A stretch of DNA of 64,000 bases from Azolla caroliniana. Lineage: Eukaryota > Plantae > Polypodiophyta. Below are positions 60,819 through 64,000 of this stretch, piece by piece. A program made the position numbers and the translations under genes. The notes beneath the pieces are model-generated. The model was not told the DNA's origin. It ran no database searches and saw only the letters and a program-made list of their open reading frames with translations. Numbering within the stretch: the stretch's first letter is position 1; each line of letters starts with the position of its first letter. The DNA lies in the NCBI GenBank assembly GCA_043228905.1, contig JBHGNT010000022.1, forward strand, positions 12,524,001 to 12,588,000, in the 5' to 3' direction.

Positions 60819-62352
60819 GTCTCAAAGTTGTCAGTCAGACAGTGGCAGAAAGTTAGAAATCAAAACACATATCTATTACCTATCTGTCTCTTGCTCTCTC
60901 TCAGTCCACCTTCGATTCTCTGTTTCCCCACGTAATTCTTGTTGTGTTCCCTCTGTGCTTGATTTTTATTGTTGTTTCCCTACGATCTCTGAACTCTATA
61001 TATGCAGAGATTGTTGTTTCTCCTCTATGCTCATTGTTCTTGTTGTTGATGTGCTTTCTCTGTGTATGCTCGTTTGTCTCCTTTGCAGCAGCCTCGTCAA
61101 CCACCTCTTGCATATAGGTGATTTTCTCGGCTTGGTGTGCTCCCAAGGTGAAGAAATCAACATGGTGTGGTATCTCTGCCTTGACCTTGGCTCCATCTGT
61201 CTTTGACCCATCGTTCCATCTGCAACTTGTACGACCTCCAGGTATTCTCTGTGCTGCATTTTTAGGGTTTGATAATTCATATTCTATGTGTTGCATACCC
61301 AACTGGTATGTTTTTGTTTTATTTGTGTTTCCTATCCGTGTGTTTTTATTTTGTGTGTGTTTGACATGGATGAGTTTTTTTCCGATTGTTTAGGGTTAAA
61401 GTGTGTTTGACATGGCTTGTACATGCAACATAGAGGCTATGATGATTTGCTGGTTGTTGATGGTATTTTGATGAGTTTTCTTCTTGTACATGCATATTCT
61501 TTCAACAAGAATAGTGAAGACTAGGACAATGACGAGAAGCACACCCATAAAGAAGACATTGGTGAAAGAGAAAGAGAAGACACTAGTGGGGTCGAAGCAC
61601 GCTACGGTGTACCAGAAAAGTACTGTTTTTGGCCACAAAAATTGTCAGTACTTTCAATATTGTTAGTACTGAATAATTCAAAAAAAAATTAGAGAAAAAG
61701 AAAATCGATTTTGGAGAGTGGGGTGACTGTAGTACAAGTGTCATTTACTGTAGAAGGAGTGGGGGGAACACGTGAGGAGATGTTCTTCCATTTTGGGGGC
61801 TATTTTCCCCTCACGTCGATTTTGGCGCTTCCCCTCACGTCGTTTTGGTGCTTCCCCTCATACTGCTCTTCCTCTATTCCTCTGAGCTTTTCATCACAAA
61901 CATCCATGTCACGTTTCTAATTTTCCTTCAATCTAAATCTCAGACATCCATGTCTGGTTGGAGAGTTTGAGTTGAGGATTTCTGATTTTTTTAGGGTTTC
62001 TGTTTTTGTTAGGTTTAGGTTGAGGTACAAAGACTGTTCTGAGGGTTTAGGTAGCAGCCAATAGTCACTTCTTCGACAACGACTTTCTTACTTCCACCGA
62101 TTGCAGTTGATGTCGTGGTGATTTGGGGCTTCTGCCACCAAATCGAGGCGGCATTGGAGATTCCTTCCACCAAATCGAGGCGGCATATCCAACGCTCCCT
62201 CCACCATTGGAGGTTCCTTCCATCCATTTTTTTATTTTCAGTACTAAAATGTTTCATTTCTTCATATTTTAGTACTAAAATTTTAGAATTGACATTTGTC
62301 ATATTTGATATGTAATTCTAATGTTTGAAACAAAATATTTCTCACTTTGCAG

Positions 62353-63586
62353 GCCACATTCAAGTGGCTGGGGTCGGGACGTAGACGACGATGTGATCCA
62401 TTATCTCAAGAGATTATTGAGAAAGTGGATTCATTTTGGGCCAAAAATACGCGTGTCTCACCAAATAAGAAGGACGTGTGTAGACAACGAATAAGTCAGG
62501 GTAAGTACCAGATTCACCCTAGACACTTCTTGGAGATGACAGAGGTATTCCATTTTTTTATATCAATTCACATTCCATAACTTTGTGTTTTGACCAAGTG
62601 TATATTAATGTTTGCTATATATATTGGTTGATGTAGGCTGAATTGTACATGAACTTTAAAGACCAACATCCAAGCTTGATTGTTGGATTCCGCAAGTTCC
62701 AAGGTTTGAAACCATTTTATGTTAGAAAATTAAATGAGAGGAATACATGTTGTTGTGTGTACCATGTGAAGATGGACATGTTAAGGCTAGTAGTGAATGC
62801 AATGCGTACTGATTCTAAGGGTATACACGGGGAATTATGTGTCTGCACTTGTGAGATTTGTAGACCAAATGGGGAGGATAATAGGTGTAATGCACGAAAC
62901 ATGACTTATGCATCCGTTTCTGAGCTATGGAGGTCTTGTGTTTGTGAAAAAGAACCATCATGTGAGTGGCATCGTCGTACATGTCTATTAAGAACATGTA
63001 AGGTTTGTCCGCTACCATTATTTTATAGGCAGGAGCTTGATATGGGAAATAGTCATATCGTGAAATGGAAATATTTGGAGTATGTGACTGAAAATATTGG
63101 CAAGGGAGTTGTAACTAAGCGTATCAAGGAAGTATATAAGGAGACATGTGCTGCTACCCTTGTCTCAGAATTTAAGAAACAACTTGGGGAGTTTATTCCA
63201 CATAACTTCCGGAGTTATTGGCAAAATTCACAGTTCAAGGAATGTATTAATAACTTACCAACGGGTGTCATCGTATCCGTTATTGATTTTGCATAAAACT
63301 ATACATTTAAAGTTCAAAATGAGGTTCAATCAATGCATTGGTACAATGATCAATGTACAATACCTGTACATATTTGCTATTGGAGGCAAGACGGTGAGTT
63401 ACATAAGAAATCAATATTTTACATTTCAGATGATAAAAAGCATGATACACTATTTGTTCAACATTGTTTTAAGCTTCACCATGCAGATTTATTTTCTCTA
63501 GGGTTAACCTTTAACCGTCATTGGGTTTGGTCTGATGGTGCTGCCTCGCAGTTTAAGGTGGCACGATCGTTCTACTTTATCGCCAG
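62353..63586 (+). pseudogene. Intron-containing Cys-rich DDD transposase, Sola2-like (exons 62353-62544, 62637-63586)
   Basis: A GT-AG intron 62545-62636 joins the frames. Motifs ELY..FK..HP, F..LKPFYV, RNTCCCVYH, DFA*NY..QNEVQSMHW, ISDDKKHD and WSDGAASQFK. One stop at 63294-63296. Donor GT at 63587. Confidence 0.75.
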
Positions 63587-63649
63587 GTAATTTTTAATCC
63601 ATATGTTTAGTACTTATCATGCAATGTGTAAGGAAGTAATTCTTGTGTT

Positions 63650-64000
63650 AGTGGATGCATACTAATTATGTTTGTAACTATTAACAAACAGTACTATTCA
63701 CATGGATGCATACTAATTATGTTTGTAACTATTCGAATCTTGCACTTGTGAATGGATGCATGCATACTAATTTTGTTTGTATTATGTTGTACTAAGTAAC
63801 TTTTAATCCACGTGAAGTGTTCTCCATAGACACATTGTACTATGTTGTGTTTACAGAAGGATGTAAAGTACTCATCTTGTACTCATAGTATAGTCCGTCC
63901 TTAAGAGAATTGTACTAATTATCTTTTTATCCATGTGAAGTGTTCTCCATAGACACATTGTACTATGTTGTGTGTATAGAAGGATGTAAAGTACTCATCT
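63650..64000. repeat. Intronic tandem repeats
   Basis: ggatgcatactaattatgtttgta x3 and atccaygtgaagtgttctccatagacacattgtac x2. Confidence 0.8.

Larger units (their letters stand above)
60483..64000 (+). mobile_element. Sola2-like DNA transposon(s), left termini at 60483 and ~61589, running off the window
   Basis: Repeated terminus-like GGGTCGAAGCAYGCTACGGTGTACCA, AGTACT subterminal motifs and a downstream transposase. Confidence 0.55.

Overview
Eukaryotic land-plant nuclear DNA, plausibly a fern or other non-seed plant (inferred from the TE mix, not proven). Most of the window is nested transposable elements. The only clear host genes are two intronless copper-transporter (COPT/Ctr) paralogues in head-to-head orientation (23511-24047 minus, 42640-43167 plus). 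Their promoters are homologous and keep positionally conserved GTAC copper-response cores. The TEs include: a very young Tnt1-like Ty1/copia (2965-8309, 615-bp LTRs, ATATG TSD, one nonsense codon) nested in older relatives; several solo LTRs; two L1 LINEs (one full length with TSD); three RTE/RTE-X-like LINE fragments beside microsatellites; hAT-type non-autonomous elements; decayed Ty3/gypsy bodies; and an LTR family with 4-bp TSDs. The most unusual items are a tandem array built from an LTR end, PBS and leader (45559-46653), and two different Sola-like DDD transposases nested at the right end, one with spliceosomal introns. Family assignments come from motif recognition by eye; no database search was run.
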